A stretch of 64,000 nucleotides of DNA from an uncultured delta proteobacterium (lineage in GTDB: Bacteria; Desulfobacterota; Binatia; Binatales; Binataceae), in assembly GCA_963711565.1 (NCBI GenBank), contig CAVQEQ010000004.1:1376001-1440000 (forward strand), written 5' to 3'. The notes beneath the pieces were generated by a model. The model had not been told where the DNA came from. It ran no database searches and saw nothing but the letters and a program-made list of their open reading frames with translations. This document shows positions 19,705-30,247 of this stretch, in pieces (position 1 is the stretch's first letter; every line of letters begins with the position of its first letter). The position numbers and the translations under genes are program-made.

Positions 19705-20298
19705 TCAGCCGCGGAACTCGCGCGCCACGATGTACAGCTCCGACGATCCTGGACGGCTGGCTTTGGTGCGCGTTACCTCGACGCTTCCGAAGTGGCGCTT
19801 GAATGAATCGACGATGTCCTTGAACTGCGCGCCCATGAAGAGCTTGGCGACCATCGCGCCGCCCGGTTTCAGCATCGTCGTCGCGAAAGCCAGCGCGCAG
19901 TCTATCAGCTCGCGCGAACGTGCCTCGTCGCGCGCCGCAATCCCGGTCAGCTTCGGCGCAAGGTCGCTGGTCACCAGGTCGGCACGTCCGCCAAGCTCGC
20001 TATCCACGCGCGCGGCGACATTGGGATCGAGAATGTCACCGGCGATCGTGATCGCGCCGACGGGCGGATTTTTCACCTGCGCGAGATCGACTCCCACGAC
20101 GCGTCCACTGGCGCCCGCCGCCGCGACCAGGATCACCAGCCATCCGCCGGGCGCGCATCCGAGATCGACGACTCGCGCGCCTTTGCCGACGAGCCGGTTG
20201 CGGGCGATTATTTCCTCGATCTTGAATGCCGCGCGCGACGGCAATCCCATCGCGCGCGCCTTACGGTAAAATTTGTCGTGTGGTTCGTACGTCGCCAC
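19705..20298 (-). CDS. rlmE: 23S rRNA Um2552 methyltransferase
   Basis: SRAAFK, VDLGCAPGGW, SDLAP, KLF, SRPGSSE K-D-K-E tetrad. Confidence 0.93.
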   Translation of the reverse strand: MATYEPHDKFYRKARAMGLPSRAAFKIEEIIARNRLVGKGARVVDLGCAPGGWLVILVAAAGASGRVVGVDLAQVKNPPVGAITIAGDILDPNVAARVDSELGGRADLVTSDLAPKLTGIAARDEARSRELIDCALAFATTMLKPGGAMVAKLFMGAQFKDIVDSFKRHFGSVEVTRTKASRPGSSELYIVAREFRG

Positions 20299-20384
20299 AA
20301 ATTCACTCGTTCGCTTTGCCGCGCGCGCCGGAGCCGCTATCTTGATCTACTCCGCTCCGAAGTTTTGAAGCTGCGACGGTCACC

Positions 20385-22564
20385 GTGAATCTCGACGACT
20401 TGAATCCTGAACAGCGCGCCGCTGTGCTCGCGCCCGACGGCCCGATACTCATCCTGGCCGGTGCGGGCTCGGGCAAGACCCGCGTGCTGACCTACCGTAT
20501 CGCCCACATTCTGGCCGAGCGCAAGGCTGCGCCCTTCGAGATGCTCGCGGTGACGTTCACCAACAAGGCCGCCAATGAGATGCGCGAGCGGGTCGCGGCT
20601 CTGGTCGGCGACGAGTCGCGGCTGCCGTGGGTCAGCACGTTCCATTCGGCGTGCGCGCGGATTTTGCGCCAGGAAGGTCACGCGCTCGGCTACGACCGCA
20701 ATTTCTCGATTCTCGACGAAGGCGACTCGCTGACGACGATCCGCCGCGTACTCGACGACGCCGCGCTGGCCGACTCGCCCCCGCTCGAACTTGCGCGCGC
20801 GCGAATCGAGCAGGCCAAGAACGAAGCGATCTCGCCCGACGACATGCTGGCGAGCGCTCAACCAGGGCGCGAGGCCTCGATCGCGCAGATTTACCGGCTC
20901 TACCAGAACCGGATGCGCGAGATGAACGCGATGGACTTCAGCGATTTGCAATTGCAGACCTGGATTCTGTTCGAGCGCTTCCCCGAAATCCTCGAGAAGT
21001 GGCAGCGGCGCGCGGCGCATCTGCTGGTCGATGAGTATCAGGACACCAACCGCGTCCAATATTTGATCGTCAAGGCGCTCGCTGCGCGGTCGGGAAATCT
21101 ATGCGTGGTCGGCGACGAGGATCAATCGATTTACCGCTGGCGCGGCGCCGACATCCGCAACATCCTCGATTTCGAGCGCGACTACCCCGCCGCGCAAATC
21201 TTCAAGCTCGAGCAGAACTACCGCTCGACCAAAACCATCCTGGCCGCGGCCGGCGGCGTCATCCGCAACAACACCGAGCGCAAGATCAAAAACCTGTGGA
21301 CCGAAAATGGCGCCGGCGAGCCGGTCACCTACTACACCGGCGTGACCGAGCGCGACGAGGCCGATTTTATCGCGCTCGAAATCGCGCGACAGACCGGCTC
21401 CGGCGGATTCCGGGCCGCCGACATAGTCGTCTTCTACCGCGTCAATGCCCAGTCGCGCGCGATCGAAGAGGCGCTCGTGCGCCGGCGAATCCCCTACTAC
21501 ATCGTTGGCGGCGTGCGCTTTTACGAACAGCGCGACGTTAAGGATCTGCTCGCCTACCTGCGCGTGCTCGCGAATCCCGCCGACGCCGTCAGCCTCGAGC
21601 GGATGGTCGGCACACCGCCGCGCGGAATTGGCGCGAAGTCCTTCGAGGCGATCACTGAATTGGCAGCGCGCGAGCAGATCACGGCGTTCGAGGCGATGGG
21701 CCGGCTGAGACTTACTCGAAGGTTGCACTCAGAATCGCCAAGCAGGCCGGGATGCTCTATTCGTGGATGCACGATCTTGCCGTGCGCATGCCCGAGTTGA
21801 GCGTGCGCGGAATCGTCGAGGAGGTCGTGGCCCACAGCGGCTTCGAGCCGTATCTCGACACGCTCGACGACTCCGCGATGCGCAAACAGAATCTCGCCGA
21901 GATGCTCACCGCGGCCAGCGCCTTCGACGCCGAGAAATCCGGCGGCGGTCTGGCCGAGTTCCTCGAACGAGTCGCGCTGGTCAGCGACACCGAGCAGATC
22001 GATTCGAGCGGAGGACGCGCCGCGCTGATGACGCTCCACACCTCAAAGGGCCTCGAGTATCCGATCGTCTTCATCGCCGGGATGGAGGAAGGACTGTTTC
22101 CGCATAGCCGCTCCGCCGATATCGACGAGGAAGTCGAGGAGGAGCGCCGTCTGTGCTACGTCGGCATGACGCGCGCGCGCCAGTTGCTCTACCTGACCAA
22201 CACGCTCTCGCGCGAAATTTACGGCGTGCGCCAGGAATCCCGTCAGTCGCGATTCATGCGCGAGATCGACCCCGCCCTGATTCACCGTATCGCGCCGCAA
22301 CGCCACACCGCTCCGATACGCCCGCTCTCGCCGCGCGAATCTTACGTCAACCTGAGCGACAGCCAGTTGCCCGACGACGAGCCGGGTCCCGGTGGCGACG
22401 GTCTTTCAGTTGGCGCGCGCGTCGTTCATCCGACCTTCGGCCGCGGTATCGTCCGTAGGCGCGAGGGACGCGGCGACGGCGCCAAGGCGTGGGTGAATTT
22501 CGAGCGCGGCGGGATCAAGCTGCTTGTGCTCAAGTTCGCAAACCTGAGGTTGATTGCAGACTGA
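20385..22564 (+). CDS. uvrD: UvrD/PcrA ATP-dependent DNA helicase (one base missing at ~21706)
   Basis: AGAGSGKT, DEYQDTN, VGDEDQSIY, LEQNYRS in frame 1; TLHTSKGLEY, EERRLCYVGMTRA, VHPTFGRG in frame 2. Confidence 0.93.
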
Positions 22565-22640
22565 TCGCGCCGGTATCATTCCTGTGAATGCGCCGACGAC
22601 GCTTGAATCGGAAGACTGTCGCCAACCAACCCGGAAGTTC

Positions 22641-23693
22641 ATGAAACGCTTCATTCATATAGCGATTCGATTCATCCCCGCCCTGCTGATAATTGCGCTG
22701 GTCGCGATTCCAGCCGCGCATGGCGCGTGGACCGAAGACCTCTTCGAGAAACGTCCGCTGTACGCGTACCCGCTCCCGCACGGCAAGGACAACATCATCG
22801 GCAACCTGATGACCTACGAGATCCAGAAGGGCGACACTCTGCTCAACGTCGGCCGATGGTTCGGCGTGACGGCCAAGGAAATCTCCAACGCCAACACCGG
22901 CGTGGACTGGTGGGCGCCTACCGCAGGCCGGGTGATCATTCTGCCCGACGAGCACATCCTGCCGAATACGCCCCACGTCGGCATCGTGATGAACATCCCG
23001 GAGATGCGGATCTACTATTATTTCCCATCGCCGACCGGGCCGATTCACCCTAAAGGCAAAGTCACGCCCGCCAAGTTCGAACCGGGGAAGAAGCATGCCG
23101 GAGGAGTCACGCCCACGGTGGTGTACACGTTCCCGGTCGGCCTCGGTCGTTTCGATTGGAAGACGCCCGTCGGAACTTTCACGGTTCGCGGTAAGACGCG
23201 CAATCCGACATGGGTGGTGCCGCAAGACATCTACGAGGAACATATGGAGCGCGACGGCGAAGCGGAACACGTCGTCTCGGGCGACGATCCCGACAATCCG
23301 CTGGGCCACTACCGCATCGAATTGACGCTGCCCGAGTATGCGTTCCATGGCACCAACGTGCCGTGGGGCGTTGGCATGGAAGTCAGTCACGGATGCATCC
23401 GGCTGTATCCCGAGGATATCGAGCGGTTCTTCAACAAGGTGAAAATCGGGACGCCCGGGATGTTCGTCTATCAGCCGGTGAAGTTCGGATGGCGCGGCGA
23501 CTCGCTATACGTCGAGGTCCACGACGATCTCTACGGCATGTACGCGGGACTGTGGGCGTATGCGACGAAGGAAGCCGACCGCCAGGGATTGACGGATCAG
23601 ATCGACATGCAGAAGCTGGAAAAAGCAATCGAGCAGAAGTCCGGCGTCCCGACTTACATAATGCCCGGCCCCGCCCCCGGCAGCGCGAGTTAG
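22641..23693 (+). CDS. L,D-transpeptidase (ErfK/YbiS family, LysM)
   Basis: Signal peptide; LysM GDTL; NIPEMRIYY, PVGLGR, KTP.G, NPLG, HGTN...SHGCIRL. Confidence 0.92.
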   Translation: MKRFIHIAIRFIPALLIIALVAIPAAHGAWTEDLFEKRPLYAYPLPHGKDNIIGNLMTYEIQKGDTLLNVGRWFGVTAKEISNANTGVDWWAPTAGRVIILPDEHILPNTPHVGIVMNIPEMRIYYYFPSPTGPIHPKGKVTPAKFEPGKKHAGGVTPTVVYTFPVGLGRFDWKTPVGTFTVRGKTRNPTWVVPQDIYEEHMERDGEAEHVVSGDDPDNPLGHYRIELTLPEYAFHGTNVPWGVGMEVSHGCIRLYPEDIERFFNKVKIGTPGMFVYQPVKFGWRGDSLYVEVHDDLYGMYAGLWAYATKEADRQGLTDQIDMQKLEKAIEQKSGVPTYIMPGPAPGSAS

Positions 23694-23802
23694 TTCACTC
23701 ACTAATATACCGCCGTCACCAAGCCTGTTAGAATTTGTGGCGAACGTAAGCAGGCGAGACTTCCAATATCCTGCTTAACTCGAGAACGCTGGAGGCACAG
23801 AG

Positions 23803-24786
23803 GTGGGATTGGCGGTGCTGGAACTGTGCGCGGGCGGCGGCGGACAGGCACTTGGGCTTGAGGCTGCGGGCTTCGAGTCCGCGGCCGTAGTGGAGATCGA
23901 CACGCATTCTTGCAATACGCTTCGGTTCAACCGTCCCAAGTGGCACGTCATTCAATCAGACATCCGCGAGATAAGCGGCCGCAATTTCCGCGGAATTGGT
24001 CTCTTCGCGGCTGGCGTGCCTTGCCCGCCGTTCTCGATTGCTGGAAAGCAGCTCGGGCGGCACGATGAACGCGATCTCTTTCCAGAGGCGCTTCGAATCA
24101 TAGAGGAATCTAGGCCGCCGGCAGTTTTGTTGGAGAACGTTCCCGGCTTAGCGTCGAACAAATTCAAGACGTATCGCCACGGTATCGCCGCGGCCCTTTC
24201 GGAACTGGGCTACGAGGTCCGCTGGGCTACGCTAAGTGCTTCGGATTTCAACGTTCCCCAGTTACGCCCACGCTTCATCGTCGTAGCTTTGCGCGCCAGG
24301 CTGTCCGGTCGTTTTGCTTGGCCCGAGCGACTGACGCGCCGGCCTCCGACAGTCGGCGAAGCCATCGGAGATCTGATGGCCGCAGGCGGTTGGACCGGCG
24401 CTGAAGCATGGGCGCGCAAAGCGAGCGGGATTGCGCCGACAATCGTCGGCGGTTCGAAGAAGCACGGAGGTCCCGACCTGGGTCCGACTCGTGCGCGCCG
24501 CCAGTGGGCGAGTCTTGGCGTTGATGGTCTCGGCATAGCGGACGAACCGCCTGATCGAGGGTTTCCGTCTTCAGCAAAGCCCAGACTCACCATCCCGATG
24601 GTCGCTCGGCTCCAAGGCTTCCCCGACGACTGGAAATTCACCGGAAAAAAGACCGCCGCATACCGCCAGGTTGGAAACGCCTTCCCACCTCCGGTAGCCG
24701 CACAAGTGGGTTGCGCGCTTCTCGAAGCTCTAAACGCCACACGGACTCACCTCGTGCGGCGTTCACAGCCCAGTCTATTCGCGTAA
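23803..24786 (+). CDS. DNA (cytosine-5) methyltransferase, NgoMIV/NaeI-like (predicted GCCGGC)
   Basis: ELCAGGGG, GVPCPPFS, ENVPG, PQLRPR, RQVGNA; TRD APTIVGGSKKHGGPDLGPTRA as recalled for M.NgoMIV/M.NaeI. Confidence 0.92.
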   Translation: MGLAVLELCAGGGGQALGLEAAGFESAAVVEIDTHSCNTLRFNRPKWHVIQSDIREISGRNFRGIGLFAAGVPCPPFSIAGKQLGRHDERDLFPEALRIIEESRPPAVLLENVPGLASNKFKTYRHGIAAALSELGYEVRWATLSASDFNVPQLRPRFIVVALRARLSGRFAWPERLTRRPPTVGEAIGDLMAAGGWTGAEAWARKASGIAPTIVGGSKKHGGPDLGPTRARRQWASLGVDGLGIADEPPDRGFPSSAKPRLTIPMVARLQGFPDDWKFTGKKTAAYRQVGNAFPPPVAAQVGCALLEALNATRTHLVRRSQPSLFA

Positions 24787-25371
24787 ATGCCGCATCGCCC
24801 AAAAGGGATGAGCGCACGAGAGTCCATCCGGCTCTTCTTGCTCAAGAACCTGAATCGCACAATACAGGGTTCCGAGTTGCGTGAAGCGGCCGGTGGAATT
24901 TCGGAATGGGCACGACGGGTTCGCGAGCTTCGGGACGAACAGGGTTACGATATTCTAACGCACAAGGATCGCGCGGATCTTAAACTTGGCCAGTACATGC
25001 TGCTAACCGCGAGACGCCGCCCCATTTTGGATCGGACGATCTCAAAGGAAATAAGAGCGCGCGTGCTGGAACGCAACGGCTTCACTTGCCAAGCGTGCGG
25101 CGCTGCTGCGGGCGATCCCGATCCCTTCCACCCAGATCGCACGATTCGGCTTACCATCGGGCACATCGTCAACTTCTCCAAAGGTGGCAAATCGGAGTTC
25201 GGAAACCTCCGTGCGGAATGCACCAATTGCAACGAAGGCTTGCAAAACACTTCTCTGCCGAAACCATCGCGGATCGAGCTCTTCAAACAGATTCGGCGCG
25301 CTACGCTGGATGACCAGCGAGTGGTCCTGGAATGGCTCGAACGGAAATTCGGGGGCCGCAGCAAAAGTTAG
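24787..25371 (+). CDS. HNH endonuclease, R.KpnI-like architecture, putative Type II restriction enzyme
   Basis: N-terminal W.RR..ELRDE.GY.IL; CQACG..GH...GG...NLRAECTNCN; starts directly after the MTase stop. Confidence 0.8.
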   Translation: MPHRPKGMSARESIRLFLLKNLNRTIQGSELREAAGGISEWARRVRELRDEQGYDILTHKDRADLKLGQYMLLTARRRPILDRTISKEIRARVLERNGFTCQACGAAAGDPDPFHPDRTIRLTIGHIVNFSKGGKSEFGNLRAECTNCNEGLQNTSLPKPSRIELFKQIRRATLDDQRVVLEWLERKFGGRSKS

Positions 25372-25383
25372 CGTTTGAAGCTC

Positions 25384-25800
25384 GTGCCGGACGTATTCAC
25401 TCCAGAAAAACGTTCCAAAGTGATGGCGCGAATTCGCGCCAAAAACACAAAACCCGAGCTTGCCGTTCGCCGGGCGCTTCACCGTCTCGGCTATCGCTTC
25501 CGATTGCACGATCCGAGACTGCCGGGGCGTCCGGATATCGTGCTCGCCAGACACCGGCTAATTATCGAGGTGAACGGCTGTTTCTGGCATGGCCACCGCT
25601 GCCTCAAAGGCCGCATACCTGTCGGCAATCGCGCCTATTGGGTGCAGAAAATCGGCGGTAACAAGATTCGGGAAAGGCGAAATGCCCACCGTCTGCGTGC
25701 CATGGGATGGAAGGTCAAGACTGTCTGGGAGTGCGAAGTGCGGCGTCAAAACACGGATCAGCTTGCCGCCGGCTTGCGGAAGCTCTTCGCCGAAATCTAA
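25384..25800 (+). CDS. vsr: Very short patch repair endonuclease
   Basis: DVFTPEKRS.VM.RI..KNTKPE, LPGRPDIV, GCFWHGH, GW.V..VWECE. Confidence 0.93.
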   Translation: MPDVFTPEKRSKVMARIRAKNTKPELAVRRALHRLGYRFRLHDPRLPGRPDIVLARHRLIIEVNGCFWHGHRCLKGRIPVGNRAYWVQKIGGNKIRERRNAHRLRAMGWKVKTVWECEVRRQNTDQLAAGLRKLFAEI

Positions 25801-25822
25801 TCCGCATATCGAAGGTCGATTG

Positions 25823-27487
25823 CTAGTTCTTTGGCTGCGGTGCCGCTGGCGCAGCGGTCGGCGGATTGCCGTCGTGCGCGGCCGGGGTTTTCACCAGGTA
25901 GAAGTATCGATGACCCAGCCCGAATGGGCCCGGCCATTCGAGACGCTCGACGACTTCCATGCCGGCGATCGGCTCGCTCGCGATCGTGTACTCACCCACC
26001 TTCTCCGACGTGATCATCGGAATTCCAGCTTCGAGCTTCATCGTATCGATTCCATGCTTGGGATAGCGGTATAGGTCCTCGCCGTTGAGGGCATAGCCGG
26101 CGTCGATGGCCGAGCGCGGAACACCTTTGCGCTCCAGTTCATTGCGCGTCGCCAGGATCGCCGCCATGCCGCGCTGATACGCGTAAGTGCCGCCGAGCGA
26201 CATCAGGCCCATCGCGAACGTCATCGCAAATCCCGCCGCCATGACCAGCCTGCGTCGCGGTAGCGGCGCGAGCGCCATCACGATCGCACCGGCCGGCACC
26301 AGAACGAGGTAGTAGCGGTCGTTGTAGAACCACAGCGGTATCGTCGCCAACCAGTAGATTGTCGCGGCAATCAAGATCGCCGCGGCACTGCGGCCGAGCG
26401 TCCTGAAAATCCCGGCAAACGCCGCGAGCAATCCCGCCGCGCCGAAGCTCGCAAGGATGAGGAACGCGTATTGCCAATCGCTGTTCCATGAAAAGCGATT
26501 CGCCTGCCCTCGCAGTATAAGCACGTTGTGCCATCCGCCGAAGCAACTGTACTCGGGCGTCACCGGCATCCGATTGTCCATCCACATCAGGAGCATCGCG
26601 GCTGCGAAGATTCCCGCGCCGCCCATCACGACGCGGCGCCATCGCGGCGTCGTCAGTTGCAGAATCGCCAGCGGCGACAGCACGGTCCCCAGGTAGAGCG
26701 CCGGTCCCAGCACGCCCGCGCGCAGGTAGTTCGCGAGCGGCACGCGGAAGATATAGCGGAAATGATTTTCGTTCAGCTGCATTTCCCATGGCTTCGGACC
26801 CAGTACCGTCAGCCCGATCCACACCCCCGCGCAAATCGCCAGCGCCGCGCCAAACGGCACCAGCATCTCGGCCCACACCGCGCGATCCCGGAGATTCATT
26901 CCTCGCAACCGCGTGTCGTAAAGGATCATCGCGCCGACGCAGCCGGCTATCACCATCGCGCCGAACGGCCGAATCAGAAACGCGATCGCCGAGAGAGCCG
27001 CCGCGAGCCAAAGCCACAACTGCGCACGGCGTCCTTCGGCGTTGGCGAACGCCAGATGCGCCGCGACGATCGCGGTCAGGAATGGAATTTCGGTCATGAA
27101 CGAAAAACTAAGGAACATGAAACACGGATTGCAGATCAGCAGTCCCGTCGCCGCCAGCGCCTGCCATCGCGGCGCGCCGCACTTGAGCGCGAGCGCATGG
27201 AACATCACGCCGCACAGAACAGCCAGCGCCACCACTGAAAGCTCCAGCGACGCCGAGTTGCCGCCGAATACGTGCGCCCATGCCACGCCGTACACGACCT
27301 GCGCGATCGGCGTCGCCTGAGAGTAGCCGGCGAATCTGATCTCGCCGGTGCGCAGATACCGCCGCACGGCCGAACCGTACAGCCAGCTATCCACCACCGG
27401 CGCGTCGGTCAGCGGATGCAGGATCGCGAGCGCGAACACGTACCATCCGACCACCACCGCTGCCGCGGCCCATCCTGCGCGCCTCAT
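25823..27487 (-). CDS. GT-C fold membrane glycosyltransferase (ArnT/PMT_2-like)
   Basis: Many TM segments; PVVDSW.Y first loop, NP.F..LS.SFMTE.P, DRYYL. Confidence 0.72.
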   Translation of the reverse strand: MRRAGWAAAAVVVGWYVFALAILHPLTDAPVVDSWLYGSAVRRYLRTGEIRFAGYSQATPIAQVVYGVAWAHVFGGNSASLELSVVALAVLCGVMFHALALKCGAPRWQALAATGLLICNPCFMFLSFSFMTEIPFLTAIVAAHLAFANAEGRRAQLWLWLAAALSAIAFLIRPFGAMVIAGCVGAMILYDTRLRGMNLRDRAVWAEMLVPFGAALAICAGVWIGLTVLGPKPWEMQLNENHFRYIFRVPLANYLRAGVLGPALYLGTVLSPLAILQLTTPRWRRVVMGGAGIFAAAMLLMWMDNRMPVTPEYSCFGGWHNVLILRGQANRFSWNSDWQYAFLILASFGAAGLLAAFAGIFRTLGRSAAAILIAATIYWLATIPLWFYNDRYYLVLVPAGAIVMALAPLPRRRLVMAAGFAMTFAMGLMSLGGTYAYQRGMAAILATRNELERKGVPRSAIDAGYALNGEDLYRYPKHGIDTMKLEAGIPMITSEKVGEYTIASEPIAGMEVVERLEWPGPFGLGHRYFYLVKTPAAHDGNPPTAAPAAPQPKN

Positions 27488-27582
27488 CGACTCCTGCCTT
27501 GCTCCGCTTTTAACCTATCCCTTATACTCCGAAATTAACTCGACACATGGGGATTGCGCCGATTTCAACCGAATCACACACG

Positions 27583-28764
27583 ATGCGACAAGTAGCATTT
27601 CACCGTCCGTCCATCGGACCCGACGAGGAGCGCGAGGTGCTCGACACCCTGCGCTCCGGATGGATCACCACCGGCCCCAAGGCCAAGCGCTTCGAGAGCG
27701 AATTCGCCGGCTACGTCGGCGCCAAACACGCGCTCGCGCTTGCGCATTGCACCGGCGCGCTCCATCTCTCGCTGTGGGCGCTCGGCATCGGCCCCGGCGA
27801 CGAGGTCATCACCACGCCGTTTACCTTCACGGCGACCGCCGAGATTCTCGGCTACCTCGGCGCGCGTCCGGTGTTCGTCAACGTCGATCCCGGAACATTC
27901 AACATCAACCCGGCGCGCATCGAAGAGGCACTCGAGAGCGGCGCGCACAAACGCGTCCGCGCGATCCTGCCGGTGCACTTCGCCGGCCACGCTTGCGACA
28001 TGGATCGCATCCTCAACATCGCGCGCAACTACAATCTGAAGGTTGTCGAGGACGCCGCGCACGCCGCCGGCTCCGCGCGCCACATGGACGGCCGCGGGAT
28101 GGCGAAAATCGGCACCATCGGCGACCTCACCTGCTTCAGTTTCTACGCCACCAAGAATTTCACCACCGCCGAGGGCGGCATGATCACAACGTCCGACGAC
28201 GCGCTCGCGGAAAAAATCGCCGTCGCCAGCCTGCACGGGATGAACAAGGACGCGTGGAAGCGCTACGATAAGAGCGGCTCGTGGTACTACGAAATCCACG
28301 ACATGGGTTTCAAGTACAACCTCTCCGACGTGCACGCCGCCATCGGCCTGGCTCAGCTCAAACGCGCCGACGACTTCATGCGCCGGCGCGGTGAAATCGC
28401 GAGCGCCTACAACGAGGCTTTCCGCGGCGACGACAGTCTCCAGCCGGCGTACTCCGAACCCGGCATCGAGCACGCCTGGCATCTCTACGTCCTGCGCATC
28501 CGCCCCGAGCGCCTCAAGCTCGGCCGCAATCAGTTCGTCGAAATTCTGCGCGAGCGCGGCGTCGGATGCTCCGTGCACTGCATCCCGCTGCACACGATGC
28601 ACTACTACCAGCGCATGTACGGCTACCGCGACGGCGATTTTCCGGTCGCCGAAGAAATCTTCAGCCGGTGCCTGTCGCTGCCGATCTACGCCGCGATGAC
28701 CGACGACAACGTCGCTTACGTGATCGAAACCGTTCGCGCCATCGCGCGCGAGAATGGCCGCTGA
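27583..28764 (+). CDS. DegT/DnrJ/ArnB-like sugar aminotransferase
   Basis: SGWITTGP, GDEVITTP.TF, EDAAHA, SFYATKN.TTAEGG, GFKYN. Confidence 0.93.
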   Translation: MRQVAFHRPSIGPDEEREVLDTLRSGWITTGPKAKRFESEFAGYVGAKHALALAHCTGALHLSLWALGIGPGDEVITTPFTFTATAEILGYLGARPVFVNVDPGTFNINPARIEEALESGAHKRVRAILPVHFAGHACDMDRILNIARNYNLKVVEDAAHAAGSARHMDGRGMAKIGTIGDLTCFSFYATKNFTTAEGGMITTSDDALAEKIAVASLHGMNKDAWKRYDKSGSWYYEIHDMGFKYNLSDVHAAIGLAQLKRADDFMRRRGEIASAYNEAFRGDDSLQPAYSEPGIEHAWHLYVLRIRPERLKLGRNQFVEILRERGVGCSVHCIPLHTMHYYQRMYGYRDGDFPVAEEIFSRCLSLPIYAAMTDDNVAYVIETVRAIARENGR

Positions 28765-28779
28765 CCCCGGAGAACAACT

Positions 28780-29724
28780 GTGCGCACATTGGTAACCGGC
28801 GGCGCGGGATTCCTCGGCTCTCATCTATGCGAGCGCCTGCTCAACGACGGCCACGAAGTCATCTGCCTCGACAACTTTTTCAGCGGCAAGCGCGCCAACA
28901 TCATGCACCTGCTCGGCAACCGCAATTTCGAATTCATCCGCCACAACGTCGTCGAGCCAATCCTGCTGGAAGTCGATCGCATCTTCAGCCTCGCCTGCCC
29001 CGCGTCACCGGTGCATTACCAGTACAACCCGGTGAAGACCATCAAGACCTCCGTGATGGGCACCATCAACATGCTTGGGCTGGCCAAGCGCGTGCACGCG
29101 CGCATTCTGCTGACTTCGACCAGCGAGGTTTACGGTGATCCCGAGCAGCATCCGCAAACCGAATCGTACTGGGGCAACGTCAATCCGATCGGCGTGCGTT
29201 CCTGCTACGACGAGGGCAAGCGCGTCGCCGAATGCCTGATGATGGACTATCATCGGCAGAACAACGTCGATACTCGCATCGTGCGCATCTTCAATACTTA
29301 CGGCCCGCGGATGGCGATCAACGACGGCCGCGTGGTCTCGAACTTTTGCGTCTCTGCGTTGCGCGGCGAGGATCTCGAAATTTACGGCGACGGCAAATCG
29401 ACGCGCTCGTTCGCCTACGTCAACGACATTATCGACGCACTCGTGCGCATGATGAATCAGGACACGCACATCGGCCCTGTGAACATCGGCAACCCCGACG
29501 AATTTACGATCGAGGAACTCGCCAGCCTCGCCATCGAGCTGTCAGGCAGCTCGTCGAAGGTCGTTTACAAACCGCCGCGGGCCGACGATCCTGTGCGTCG
29601 CAAACCCAATATCGAGCTCGCGAAAAAGATTCTCGGCGGATGGCAGCCGCAGACGGCTCTTCTGCCTGGGCTCACAAAATCAATCGCGCACTTCCGCGAA
29701 GTCCTGGGCATCCCGCGAAAATAA
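28780..29724 (+). CDS. uxs: UDP-glucuronate decarboxylase (UDP-xylose synthase)
   Basis: [52 protein letters not shown]. Confidence 0.92.
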   Translation: MRTLVTGGAGFLGSHLCERLLNDGHEVICLDNFFSGKRANIMHLLGNRNFEFIRHNVVEPILLEVDRIFSLACPASPVHYQYNPVKTIKTSVMGTINMLGLAKRVHARILLTSTSEVYGDPEQHPQTESYWGNVNPIGVRSCYDEGKRVAECLMMDYHRQNNVDTRIVRIFNTYGPRMAINDGRVVSNFCVSALRGEDLEIYGDGKSTRSFAYVNDIIDALVRMMNQDTHIGPVNIGNPDEFTIEELASLAIELSGSSSKVVYKPPRADDPVRRKPNIELAKKILGGWQPQTALLPGLTKSIAHFREVLGIPRK

Positions 29725-29816
29725 CGTCGGTCGTTGGCTTCGCTTGCCATTGCGTCCATCCGGCGAGAAGATATGAAGGTATCAGAAGTCCGCCGTTTCC
29801 CATTCGACAGCGCATC

Positions 29817-30170
29817 ATGAGTCGAAATGATTTCTCTTGCTCTTTTTCCCTAATCCGGTCCCCCTTCCCGCGCGGGAAGGGGTTAGGAGTTGGGTTCTTC
29901 GCCGTACCACCGCTGCTCGCCTTGGCCCTCGCGTCATGCGCCGCAGCGCCGCCGCCTCCGGCTCGTGCACCCCAGCCAATCGTCTATATGCCGCCCGATC
30001 CTAATCCGCCGCCGCCCGACGAATGGAACCTGCTCCCCGACCCGACCACCGGCCAGGTCGATGTCTATCACGAAGGCGGTTACGTCGGCTCCGTCACCGG
30101 CAACGAGCCCGCGGACCAGGACCCGCCAATCCCGCATCCGGTCGCGACCCCTGCGCCTGACGCGGATTAG
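29817..30170 (+). CDS. Small Pro-rich putative lipoprotein
   Basis: LLALALASC lipobox, Pro-rich body; start uncertain. Confidence 0.55.
   Translation: MSRNDFSCSFSLIRSPFPRGKGLGVGFFAVPPLLALALASCAAAPPPPARAPQPIVYMPPDPNPPPPDEWNLLPDPTTGQVDVYHEGGYVGSVTGNEPADQDPPIPHPVATPAPDAD
29852..29886. repeat. BoxC/REP-like palindromic repeat, copy 1
   Basis: AATCCGGTCCCCCTTCCCGCGCGGGAAGGGGTTAG; near-identical to 31853-31895. Confidence 0.7.
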
Positions 30171-30179
30171 ACACTGGGT

Positions 30180-30229
30180 GCAGGGGTCACCCCTGCCGAA
30201 GGAAGTATGAAACCCACCGTGGGTTTCAT
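30180..30229. terminator. Twin hairpins between convergent genes
   Basis: GCAGGGG-TCA-CCCCTGC and ATGAAACCCAC-C-GTGGGTTTCAT followed by a T run. Confidence 0.55.
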
Positions 30230-30247
30230 TTTAATCGTTCCTGGCTT

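Noticed and set aside
21690-21760. Programmed frameshifting in uvrD (and trpB, trpE, fdhD)
   Set aside because: No slippery heptamer or stimulatory structure; assembly error is more parsimonious
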